A stretch of 63,542 bases of DNA, counting the filler, from Stramenopiles sp. TOSAG23-2 (taxonomy: Eukaryota): assembly GCA_900128395.1 (NCBI GenBank). It is 19 parts of 19 records of this genome, joined end to end, with 100 filler letters (N's around TTAATTAATTAA, not from the genome) between each part and the next. Parts side by side here need not be neighbours in the genome. Positions count along the whole stretch, not along the records: positions 1 to 3,389 come from LT651227.1; positions 3,490 to 6,878 come from LT651228.1; positions 6,979 to 10,367 come from LT651229.1; positions 10,468 to 13,852 come from LT651230.1; 15 more parts are not named here. One strand, 5' to 3'. Shown here one piece after another: positions 1-10,545 of the stretch. Numbering within the stretch: position 1 is the stretch's first letter; each line of letters opens with the position of its first letter. The notes beneath the pieces were generated by a model. It had not been told where the DNA came from and made no database searches. It saw nothing but the letters and a program-made list of their open reading frames with translations. The position numbers were made by a program, and so were the translations under genes.

Positions 1-1005
1 ACCTTCTCTCTTCCCTATCTGTACTGTATTCTAAATTCCCTACTCCGGATCTCGCCTCCATTTATTCATTAAATAACATTCTCCCATAAAAAATTATCTT
101 AATTTGGTGTGTTACTTCCAATTTTGATAATCCTCTATGATCAAACCTAAAATATTCAATGATTAAATGAATAAAAACAGCTCCAACCTTGACTTTAGAG
201 CCTTCGTCCCCGAACACGCTTGTGATGGTAAAACCATCTACGGTACATTTTCTTAACTTAATAAGTTTTGTACAAGGTAACTGTAAGTAGGTACTAGTGT
301 ATAAATACACGTCTGAGATATACTCTTGTAGAAGAAAATATATGAAAGGCCAAAATGAAATATGGGGAAATAAATTAATATTGATTCCTGCATCAGAAAC
401 AGACAGACAAGATCTAATTAAATTAAGTGTTCAATTCTTAATTGAGCCGATCCTCGACGTTAATACTAGAATAAAGATAGAAGAATTTACATCGGCTAGA
501 CCATACAACTTATGTTACAAGCAATTATTATATAAAAATGGATGTCCACATGTAAATACGAATAACGTTTGTCTTCCAGTGCTTCGTCTCATTCTTTTCT
601 TCAATTCTGACTCTACCTGTATCTCCATTTGATTGTCCTCATAAACACTTTGTTCTGATGGACTTGAACGCATATTCTTCATCTTAGATTTGCGTTACCT
701 CTTCTTTCTTCCTTCCAACTTATACACTATATAACGGTCACTTTATATATAACGTATATTTAAACTTATACACTTTATAAGTTTCAACTTATACACTTTT
801 AGATTTTTTAACTTAATTAAATTTTTATTTCTTAATATTGAAATAAATATTCTTTCTTAATTTAAAAAATTTTATATATATACTAAGACGGATTAGATAA
901 ACAGTTTATCAATCTGCCAAAGGACGTATATATATATTTAACGATTTTTCCTTTTCATGTAATATAAAATGTTAATAAAGTGAGGAGCAGTATTCTACGA
1001 GTATA

Positions 1006-1215
1006 AGTAATAATTCGGTATTCGATGCACCTGTGTGTGCTGTGCACCTGCTGTGTGTGCAGTGCATTATTACATAGTGTATATGTCTAATTATACCTTA
1101 GTATTAATATAGTAATAATTCGGTATTCGATGCACCTGTGTGTGCTGTGCACCTGCTGTGTGTGCAGTGCATTATTACATAGTGTATATGTCTAATTATA
1201 CCTTAGTATTAATAT
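1006..1215. repeat. Exact 105-bp tandem duplication (1006-1110 / 1111-1215)
   Basis: AGTAATAATTCGGTATTCGATGCACCTG...CCTTAGTATTAATAT occurs twice back to back. Confidence 0.95.
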
Positions 1216-1340
1216 TGATAGAGCTATATAGAGCTACTATAAACTATAATAGGTGGTATAGCAGAGATAAATAATAAGGTTTTTAGCACCAACCAAAAAT
1301 TATTCTGAAAAATTATAAAAAATATCGCATATTCCCATTT

Positions 1341-2471
1341 TCACAATTTACTAACATTTGCACCATTACCATATTGAAACAATTCCATGCATCCGGTCCC
1401 ATTTAATGCGTTGTTCACAAATGTTTTGCTTGCTACATCCAATGCATTGTATTGTGCACATATCCAATCTAAACATTTTGATTGATATTTGAATGTTGGT
1501 TGTTCCCAAGCGACTTTGCCATCATTTAATTTGCATTCAAAGGTATCATTACCTCTTTTAAATTCAATATCATTAGCAATGAAAAATGGCACATACCATT
1601 TCCCAACTAATTGCAACAATGCTTTGAATGTATCCGGTAATGGTTTATTTGCATCCAACCAACCATTATTTTCATCAACTACACTAAGGCCACTCAAATC
1701 TGCTGAGTAAGAATACCATGCGCATACACGTCCAGATATTTCTCTTGTTAGATGAGATGTCTCTCTATCTAAAAATATCATGGGATGAAGCTGTCCAAGT
1801 ATTGCAAAATCAGCCACACTAGGCCTTGTACCAAATAAAAACGGATGTCCATTAGCGAAATGCCTATCCACCGCTTGAAGAAATGCTTTGTAGAAATGTT
1901 CAATGGCTGGGCCTGTTTTTGGATTACTCCCAACAATACCTAACCGGTCTACTTGCCGCTTTTGAATGCCGGCACCAGCTTTTGCAACAGCTTCATCTGG
2001 TGAAGAGGACATTCCAGCTTGCTGCATTACAATACCTTTACCGGCATATACCGGGTCATATACCCATCGATAATGAAACATGCATTTTGTGACAAATTCA
2101 TCGGCAAAATCTTCCAGCAACAACGCTAGAAATTTCATACCAGCATGATTCGGATACGCGCTACGACTTTTATATTCATTTTCTAACCTTTCAATTAAAA
2201 ACGTAGAGTCATTTTGTACGGATCCATCTGGCCATAAGATTTTTGGTAGTAAAACTGGACCACGAGCATGTTTCGTACCTGCTTCTTCCTTTGAATTCAT
2301 CATGATGAAACGATGCGGTATGCGCCGATATCTTAAATACATTAACATTTTATTGCTGTACGGCGAACCAATGCCACCACACAAACGCAATACATCACGT
2401 GGTACTTCTTCAACTCCCCTATTTTCAAGTAAATTTGGACTTGGGCCAGACCCCATAAATTTTGATGCCAT
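1341..2471 (-). CDS. Glutathione S-transferase-like protein (long, bacterial-type) with C-terminal SKL peroxisomal signal
   Basis: GST-N motifs GSPYSNKMLMYLRY, VLLPKI and QNDSTFLIERLE; GST-C motif FLFGTRPSVADFAILGQL; ends ANVSKL. Confidence 0.85.
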   Translation of the reverse strand: MASKFMGSGPSPNLLENRGVEEVPRDVLRLCGGIGSPYSNKMLMYLRYRRIPHRFIMMNSKEEAGTKHARGPVLLPKILWPDGSVQNDSTFLIERLENEYKSRSAYPNHAGMKFLALLLEDFADEFVTKCMFHYRWVYDPVYAGKGIVMQQAGMSSSPDEAVAKAGAGIQKRQVDRLGIVGSNPKTGPAIEHFYKAFLQAVDRHFANGHPFLFGTRPSVADFAILGQLHPMIFLDRETSHLTREISGRVCAWYSYSADLSGLSVVDENNGWLDANKPLPDTFKALLQLVGKWYVPFFIANDIEFKRGNDTFECKLNDGKVAWEQPTFKYQSKCLDWICAQYNALDVASKTFVNNALNGTGCMELFQYGNGANVSKL

Positions 2472-3141
2472 TATTTAAATAAGAAGAATCCTTTGTTACT
2501 ACTATTGTATGTGTGGTATATATAAACGACTATGAATTATTTAAGTATAAATCTATATCGATGATAATCTTCACTTATTTCTGTTTGTTATTTTCTTCTA
2601 TTAGATATATATATTAATATATGATGAATCTTTTCTTATATATTTCTAATATTGTATTTTGGGAAAAGTTTGGTGAGAGTTGGACACACTAATTTTATTG
2701 TTGTTGTTTAGCAGTACTATTAAATTACCTTAATATTATAGTGTTATTCGCCTGCTGGCTGCTGGCCTGGCCTGGCAATAATATCAATCAATCAATATAA
2801 TTAGAAATAATGGGATGCCAGGATGCAAATAATAATACAGACATTATTTTACATCAGACTTTTTGCTTTTTTTTGCCCATTCTCTCTGGCTGGCTGGCCC
2901 ATCCTATAATATTATACTCTCCTCTGTCCATCATCCATCATCATCATTCTTGTACATATGCATACTAATATTCCATAATATAAACATATACATTGTGTAC
3001 ATATATTATGATACAACAAATTTACACATTATATAGAAAATAAAAAGATCGAAGAATAATATATATATATATATACAAATTACGTAATAATACTTTTAAA
3101 ATATCTGGGAACAAAAAATATATTATTCAGTATAGTATATC

Positions 3142-3389
3142 ATGAAGAAAAGATCAAACTCGTTATATAAAAAAGAAATATATATAAAAATTCCTAAAAA
3201 TGACAATGTATTTTTTGTAAACCACGCTCGCTTAAATTCAATATCACAACATCACAATAATGCGAAATATATATGCAAAAAGAAATCATTAAATCTTATC
3301 GAAAAAAAGAAATTAGAATCAACTTTTGATCGGAGAATAGATGTTATTTCAGCCCAAATTCTTGAAGCAAAACAACAATTATCCTCAAT
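3142..3389 (+). CDS. Hypothetical protein, N-terminal fragment cut by contig end
   Basis: ATG-started frame open to the linker; no recognisable motif. Confidence 0.4.
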
Positions 3390-3489
3390 NNNNNNNNNNN
3401 NNNNNNNNNNNNNNNNNNNNNNNNNNNNNNNNNTTAATTAATTAANNNNNNNNNNNNNNNNNNNNNNNNNNNNNNNNNNNNNNNNNNNN
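3390..3489. other. Artificial contig linker (N-run, TTAATTAATTAA, N-run); first of 18 such linkers
   Basis: The same ~100-nt linker with six-frame stops recurs at about 6879, 10368, 13853, 17337, 20821, 24297, 27772, 31244, 34716, 38186, 41652, 45115, 48576, 52033, 55486, 58938 and 62389. Intervening contig lengths fall steadily from 3389 to 3351. Confidence 0.98.
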
Positions 3490-3982
3490 AGTGTGAATCC
3501 CTTAAAACAGCACAAACACATAACGGTAAGACTATGCTACTTTTGCATTTTTTTTTCTCCCCTATGAAACTGCCTTGTCAATTATGTTTTTTTAATTTAA
3601 TTTTAAAAAAAATTTCCATTTTTTTTTTTCATTTTTTTTTTCAAATTTTTTAGACAACTTTTTTATAATTTTGTTAAATAATTCTACCTTAATAAATAAA
3701 ATCCATCCTATTTCCATATCTGAAAATAACACCTTAAATTTTTGTTAAAAAATGACAAAAAAATATGAACAAAATAAACAAAAAAAAAATGAAAAAAAAT
3801 GAAAAAAAATGAAAAAAAAATGAAAAAGAAAAAAAGCAAATGGTGTCCATTTGCTTTTTTTCTCTTTTGTACTAATAAGTATACGATATAGTTTTGTGAT
3901 TTATTGAATTTATTATTTTTATTTATTTTTTTAACTATTCTGTATTTTGATATCAAAAATAAAATTATACTTGAAATATTAT

Positions 3983-5110
3983 TTAGTATTGAAATAACTC
4001 TCTATGAACAATATTTAATGTATGATAATTATCATTGTTACTATTTTTTCCTTGCGTTTGCGTTTCTTGAATCATCAGTAATACTGCATGCGGACCAATA
4101 GCTCGTGAAAGGGCAACATACAATTGGCCATGAGCAAAGATTGCACGGTCTAAATAGATACCAATTTTGTTCATGGTGTGACCTTGAATTTTATTGATGG
4201 TTGTGCAAAAAGCAGGCATGATGGGAAATTGTTTTCGTGTTAATGTGAAACCAAGTTGTGCTGCAGAAGTTTCCATACGCCATCGTGGCAAATGTAATAA
4301 ATCAAATGGTGGTGCTGCTCGACGAAGGGTTAGTAAATATTTACGTGTAGTTTCTACCGTTAATTTCGTACCATTGTTGAAATTTCTTGATTTATCTACT
4401 GTACGTATTAACATAACCGGGGAACCTTTTTTCAATTTGATTATATGCGATGGAAAGCCTTTGAAATCAAGCGACCATAGAAATTCATTACTGTATCGTT
4501 CTCGGTTTACATCATCATTATGTATATTATCATCAGAAGTCAACAAAATTTCTCTTCCAATATATTTTTCCAATGCTTTTTGATTAATTTCTGCTGTTGT
4601 TTTTAATGTTGGTGCAACAATGCCTGCTTTTTGAAAAATAGGATTGTTGATATAGTGATATGGAGCATTTATATGTGGATATACAAATTCTATCATGTCG
4701 TCCATGTCAAATGGTGCAACAATATTGTTTGGAATAGATATTGCATGTTGGTGATGTTCATCTATATTGGGTAACATGTATTTTGATGCTGTGCCATCAC
4801 GTACCTTTAATAACCAATTTGCCCATTCAACATTAGCATTTGTATTGTTTTGCAGTACACGCATATTTTTATGAAGATGTAATTTTTTAATCGAATGCCA
4901 ATATTTGCTGTTTAAGATGGTGCTATTTAAAATCTGTGATGTGGAAAATGTTTGTATGATATGCAACACTTGGCCAAAGTCACCGGCAAGTACAATCCGT
5001 TTACCACCAAATTTAGTGGTATTACTCATTAATCGTTGCATGCAACGATCAATTGAATCAAATATATAATCAGAAAACATGGATATTTCATCAATTAAGA
5101 TCACATCATC
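3983..5110 (-). mobile_element. Helitron-type Pif1 helicase, C-terminal part (5'-truncated remnant)
   Basis: Pif1/Helitron motifs LIDEISM, FGGKRIVLAGDFGQV, LHKNMR, KKGSPVMLIR...NGTKL, RKQFPIMPAFCTTINKIQG and FAHGQLYVALSRA. Walker A and the Rep domain are absent. Confidence 0.85.
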
Positions 5111-5255
5111 AACAACATCTACATCTACAAAACGTAAACGTCGTAATTTGTTACTTGATGATGAAGCAGAAGAAGAGGAAGATGATTTGTTGTTGTCAAT
5201 CAAACAAAAAAAATCAAGCCGTAAAGGTGCTAAACGTGGACGACCAAGAAAATAA
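5100..5255 (+). pseudogene. Orphan 3' end of a gene ending in an AT-hook motif
   Basis: Plus frame reads ITSSTTSTSTKRKRRNLLLDDEAEEEEDDLLLSIKQKKSSRKGAKRGRPRK-stop: basic NLS-like run, acidic tract and RGRP AT-hook. No upstream coding part. Confidence 0.6.
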
Positions 5256-5811
5256 TCCATACACACATATATGTATATCTAATATACATGAAATATATAT
5301 ATATATATATACTACATATATTAACATTGATATATATAATACAATTATTATATATTATAAATGATATAATATTGATATATATAAATCATAAATAATAATA
5401 ATATCATATGATATTATTATTATTATTATTATTATTTTGCACGTACACGTATTGGCTTACATACTGGTGGTTGGTGGTGGTATTATAATACAGTAATAAT
5501 AAGTAAGAGTGCATAAGGAAATATCATACAGTTTATTTATATATTGGAAAATAATAATTGAAAAAAATATAAAGAAGTGCTATATCATTATTCAATTATA
5601 ACCAATGAACTTAAATATACAAAATATACATAAAATATAGCCACATATTCATTATAAAAATTAAAGAAATAAAAATTATATATTATAAAATATAATATTA
5701 ATTATTTATATAATATCAAGAAGTAAAATTTATTGTAACTTACATAGATTTTAACCATTTTAATATCGCGCATATATATATACACTTTTTTCTATTTTTT
5801 ATTTATTTTTT

Positions 5812-6878
5812 AATGATGACCTTGAAAATGTAAATCCAATGGAATATCATTAGCGGAATCAACAAATCTAACAAATAACATTCGTTTCATATCCACCTAA
5901 CAAAGTTTACCACTTTGATTTAACGCATAACCACTTTGTATCGTATGTGCTTTTCCACACACACGTTCCATTTTTACTAAATTAGTAGATATATCAAACA
6001 AAAAACAAATCACGAAATTTAAATTCTCCACTGCAAATTTACGAATTTTAGTTATGCATTGTAATAAACAAAAAACAAATCATGAAATTTAAATGTATCC
6101 ACTGCAAATTTATGATTTTTAGCTAAATTTGGAAATAAACGATTTCGCAATATATTTTTGAACAATTTGTCTAATTTAGGCATTTTATTAACACGAACAT
6201 CTGCAGCCGCATAACCACGATGACGATCACTTAACCATCCATTTTTATTTATATATTCTTTGACACCTTTCAATAAATAATCACATTCTTCAAATGTAAA
6301 TTGTTGTTTTAATGAATATGTAATTTTCAAAGATGGATGTATTGACCACGTTTTCTTGATACATTTATTACCATTTTCATAATCACATGTACGTTTTTTT
6401 TGTTAACCATTCTGTTGTATAACATAAATTGTTTTTGCTACACTTTTCAGGGGTGTTATCTTTATTTCCTGTTGTTGATTTCATTAATCGTTTCGACGAT
6501 GACGACGATAATAAGAAATTTGAACTATTTGTATGTTTATGCATTCTTGCTAATATTGCACATAAATTGTTTTTGGAACACTTTTCAGGGGTGTTATCTT
6601 TATTTCCTGTTGTTGATTTCATTAATGGTGATGACGATGACGACGATAATAAGAAATTTGAACTATTTGTATGTTTATGCATTCTTGCTAATATTGCTGG
6701 TGTATTTTCATTCCAATCAATAACATTTACATTTGCACCATAATTATTTACCAATATTTTCATTATTTCACAGCCTTGTGATATACTTGCTAATGCTGCA
6801 AAATGAAGAAATTGTTTACCACTACCTTGTATACTTTTCATTTGCAATTGTAAATCAATAGTCGTTGTATTATTTAAA
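5812..6878 (-). pseudogene. Disrupted ankyrin + 2OG-Fe(II) oxygenase-like gene
   Basis: Ankyrin motifs FLHFAAL...ILVNNYGANVNVIDWNENTPAILA. After a frameshift near 6390 it reads FTFEECD...GWLSDRHRGYAAADVRV...LFPNL...DLFFVYYNA, typical of the N-terminal half of PLOD/P4H-like oxygenases. The HxD...H part is missing; internal duplications (138 bp at 6423/6561; ~55 bp near 5997/6066). Confidence 0.55.
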
Positions 6879-6978
6879 NNNNNNNNNNNNNNNNNNNNNN
6901 NNNNNNNNNNNNNNNNNNNNNNTTAATTAATTAANNNNNNNNNNNNNNNNNNNNNNNNNNNNNNNNNNNNNNNNNNNN

Positions 6979-7860
6979 CCAACATTTAATAATTGTACAT
7001 TTCAAGAAAATAAAGCACCAAATAGTAATTATGGTGGAGGTGGTGTATTTATTCAATCACAAGCTCAACCTATATTTAATCATGTCATTTGGATTCGTAA
7101 TGTAGCACAAGGTTATGGTGGTGGTGTTTATATCACAAGTCCTAATACCAAACCAACATTTAATAATTGTACATTTCAAGAAAATAAAGCACCAAATAGT
7201 AATAATGGTGGAGGTGGTGTATATATTCAATCACAAGCTCAACCTATATTTAATCATGTCATTTGGATTCGTAATGTAGCACCAGGTGGTGGTGGTGGTG
7301 TTTTTATCACAGATCCTAATACCAAACCAACATTTAATAATTGTACATTTCAAGAAAATGAAGCACCAAATAGTGATTATGGTGGAGGTGGTGTATATAT
7401 TACATCACAAGCTCAACCTATATTTAATCATGTCATTTGGATTCGTAATGTAGCACAAGGTTATGGTGGTGGTGTTTATATCAGAGATTCCAATACCAAA
7501 CCAACATTTAATAATTGTACATTTCAAGAAAATAAAGCACCAAATAGCAATTATGGTGGAGGTGGTGTATTTATTCAATTTAATCATGTTATTTGGATTC
7601 GTAATGTAGCACCAGGTGGTGGTGGTGGTGTTTATATCACAGATTCTAATACCTATCCAACATTTAATAATTGTACATTTCAAGAAAATAAAGCACCAAA
7701 TAGTAATTATGGTGGAGGTGGTGTATTTATTCAATCACAAGCTCAACCTATATTTAATCATGTCATTTGGATTCGTAATGTAGCACAAGGTCGTGGTGGT
7801 GGTGTTTTTATCTCAAGTTCTAATACCAAACCAACATTTAATAATTGTACATTTCAAAAC
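6979..7860 (+). repeat. Coding tandem array of 174-bp units (starts 6979, 7153, 7327, 7501, 7657, partial 7831)
   Basis: Near-identical units; unit 4 has an in-frame 18-bp deletion. Confidence 0.95.
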
Positions 7861-10367
7861 AATACTGCTGTCAAAGGTGGTGGCGCGATACGACTTCCAT
7901 TTTATCCTGGCCAACCATTCAGCACCGGTGAATGCGGAACATCACTCAACTTTACAAGTAAAACAATATTTGCCAATAACAAGGCAAATTACAACGCTGG
8001 TAATTCAATTTATATTGATATCATACAACCACCATCTGTTCAAACACCTATGAAAGTTTACTTTGCACCAACATGTTTTCATAATAAATTTATTACATAT
8101 ATAAATCAAAACGATAACAGGAAGCACCACGCAAATATCAATTACAACATTGCTACATCTCCATATAAACTTACCATCAGTAAACCAGGTACATTAATAC
8201 CAACTTCCATATCGCCAGGAATACAATTAAAAGGTAGTTTACAAGTACAAGATGTATTTGGTAGAAGTTGTACTGAAATTCAAGATAATGATTACTCTGC
8301 AACAGTGCGTTTGCAAAACGATCAACAAATTAATTTTCAAGGTTCGACCGTATTTCTAATTCGTAAATCCGGTATAGCAAATATTTCACATTTAAATGAA
8401 TTAAAAATTATAAGTGCACCATCCAATTTAATAGGTAAACAAATATCATTACAATTTACTCAAGAAAAATTACAATCTGTAAATACGACAATAACACTTC
8501 GTCAATGCAGGAAAGGATTTCAATCCTCAACAAGTAATGATGGAGTATTAACATGTAACCCATGTCCAGCACAACAATATAATGTTATTTCAGGTGGAAT
8601 ATGTCACGATTGCCCAACAATTGGTGCAGTTTGTATGGGACGTGATGATGTCTATGTACAACCAGGGTATTATGGACATGTTGGACATATTAATACACAT
8701 TATGGTGAATTATCAGTATTTGAATGTAGTGGTGGTCAATGTTGTCCGCATTTTAATGGTTCTTCCCTTGAAACGTATGATATAAATGGAATAGGATGTC
8801 GTATTGGAAGTGGATATGATTGTGCAACAAATCGTGATCCGTCAACCCCATTATGCGGTTCTTGCATCTCTGGCTATAGTGAAGTTTTAGGCAGTTCCAT
8901 ATGTCGTAAATGTACCTACATAAAGTGGTTCTGGTTTATCATTCCTTTTCCAATTGGTATGATATCCATTATATATTTATTACATAAAACATATCTTGCA
9001 GCAACCAAAAATATTTTATTCACATTAATATTTAAGAATTTAATGTTTTTTTACCAAGTTGTTGGTGTACCTACATAAAGTGGTTCTGGTTTATCATTCC
9101 TTTTCCAATTGGTATGATATTTATTGTATATTTATTACGTAAAACCTATCTTGCAGGAACAAAAAATATTTTATTCACATTAATATTTAAGAATTTAATG
9201 TTTTTTTACCAAGTTGTTGGTTTAGTGTTAAGTCCATCACAATTAGTAAAACGTGTTAGTGGACCTTTATTGATGCTTTTTAGTTTTAATGTAGCAACGA
9301 ACGAAGCAGATCATTCAGATAGTAATAGTAATGATAAACTAACGACTGAAAATCCATTCAGTTGTTTATTACCAAATTTAACACCAATTGGTAAATTAGC
9401 ATTTAATATATATCCAATGGGTATATTAATGTTATTATGTTGGCCGATATGTATTTATATCTTTCGTAAAAATGAAAAAAAACGTGCAAATTTTGGACCG
9501 GCAATAACAACATGTTTATTATCATTATATGCATCAATAACTAAATTTTTAATTCAACTTCTTAATTGTCGATTAGTTGGAGATAAATTAATACTTTATA
9601 GTGCTCCTGAAATTATTTGTTTTAAAGATACAAGTTGGATTTGGCAATTATTTGCAATTATTGGTATTATTGGTATTTTATTCGTGCCATATTTATTATA
9701 TCGTTATGCGAAATTAAAACGTGAGGCAGGTGGTGTAAAGAAGAATAGATGGATGCTTGTAGTAACAAAATCCTATAATGAAGAATGTTGGTGGTATACA
9801 TCAATTGATATGGGACGTCGTTTATTTTTAATTATTATTGCAGCATTGCCAATGAATCATGAAAATAAACTTGTCATGCTTACAATTGGTTTTTTATTGG
9901 TACGGACTGTACATACACGATTAAAACCATTTCCACATGTATATTTAAGGCAGGTGGTGTAAAGAAGAATAGGTGGATGCTAGTGGTTACAAAATCGTAT
10001 CGCGATGAATGTTGGTGGTACACATCAATTGACATGGGACGTCGTTTATTTTTAATTAGTATTGCAGCATTGCCAATGAATCATGAAAATAAACTTGTCA
10101 TGCTTACAATTGGTTTTTTATTGGTACGGACTGTACATACACGATTAAAACCATTTCCACATGTATATTTGAATAATGCAGAAGATATTTGTTTAAGTTT
10201 ACTTGTGTTTATTTCTGCAATTGCATCTTCTAGAGCAGCAAGTTTACATAAAAATACCAATGGTACTTATGATCATCCAATGGATCCATTTCTTTTAATT
10301 TTAGTACTTTGTCCATTTGTTGGTAGTATATTTTTTTCCGCTTGGTATATGTATATGGAACGGAAGA
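6979..10367 (+). CDS. PMP-like (GGxV/FxxN) beta-helix repeat, Cys-rich, multi-pass membrane protein; partial at both ends and split by two tandem duplications
   Basis: Frame 1 is open from 6979 to 9078: five 58-aa repeats (PTFNNCTFQENKAPNSNYGGGGV...), GGGAI, then Cys-rich CNPCP...CHDCP...PGYY...PLCGSC. TM segments continue in ORFs 9114-9962 and 9977-10367 (WWYTSIDMGRRL, KPF...LNNAE). Breaks coincide with 155-bp and 224-bp duplications. Confidence 0.85.
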
Positions 10368-10545
10368 NNNNNNNNNNNNNNNNNNNNNNNNNNNNNNNNN
10401 NNNNNNNNNNNTTAATTAATTAANNNNNNNNNNNNNNNNNNNNNNNNNNNNNNNNNNNNNNNNNNNNCATAACTTGATTTATCCTTATACTCAATCTCGC
10501 GAATAAATATGCTATCCTACTAATATATTTGGCAACACAGTCAAT

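Noticed and set aside
3435-3446. Regularly spaced TTAATTAATTAA motif as a biological repeat
   Set aside because: Always embedded in N-runs; it is a six-frame stop linker between contigs.
5111-5266. N-terminal extension of the Pif1 ORF (MCMDYFLGRPRL...)
   Set aside because: It is the antisense of the plus-strand AT-hook tail, not helicase sequence.
6979-7860. Diversity-generating retroelement TR/VR pair
   Set aside because: Changes are not adenine-restricted (e.g. TAT/GGT/CGT), all units are in-frame coding, and no RT is present.
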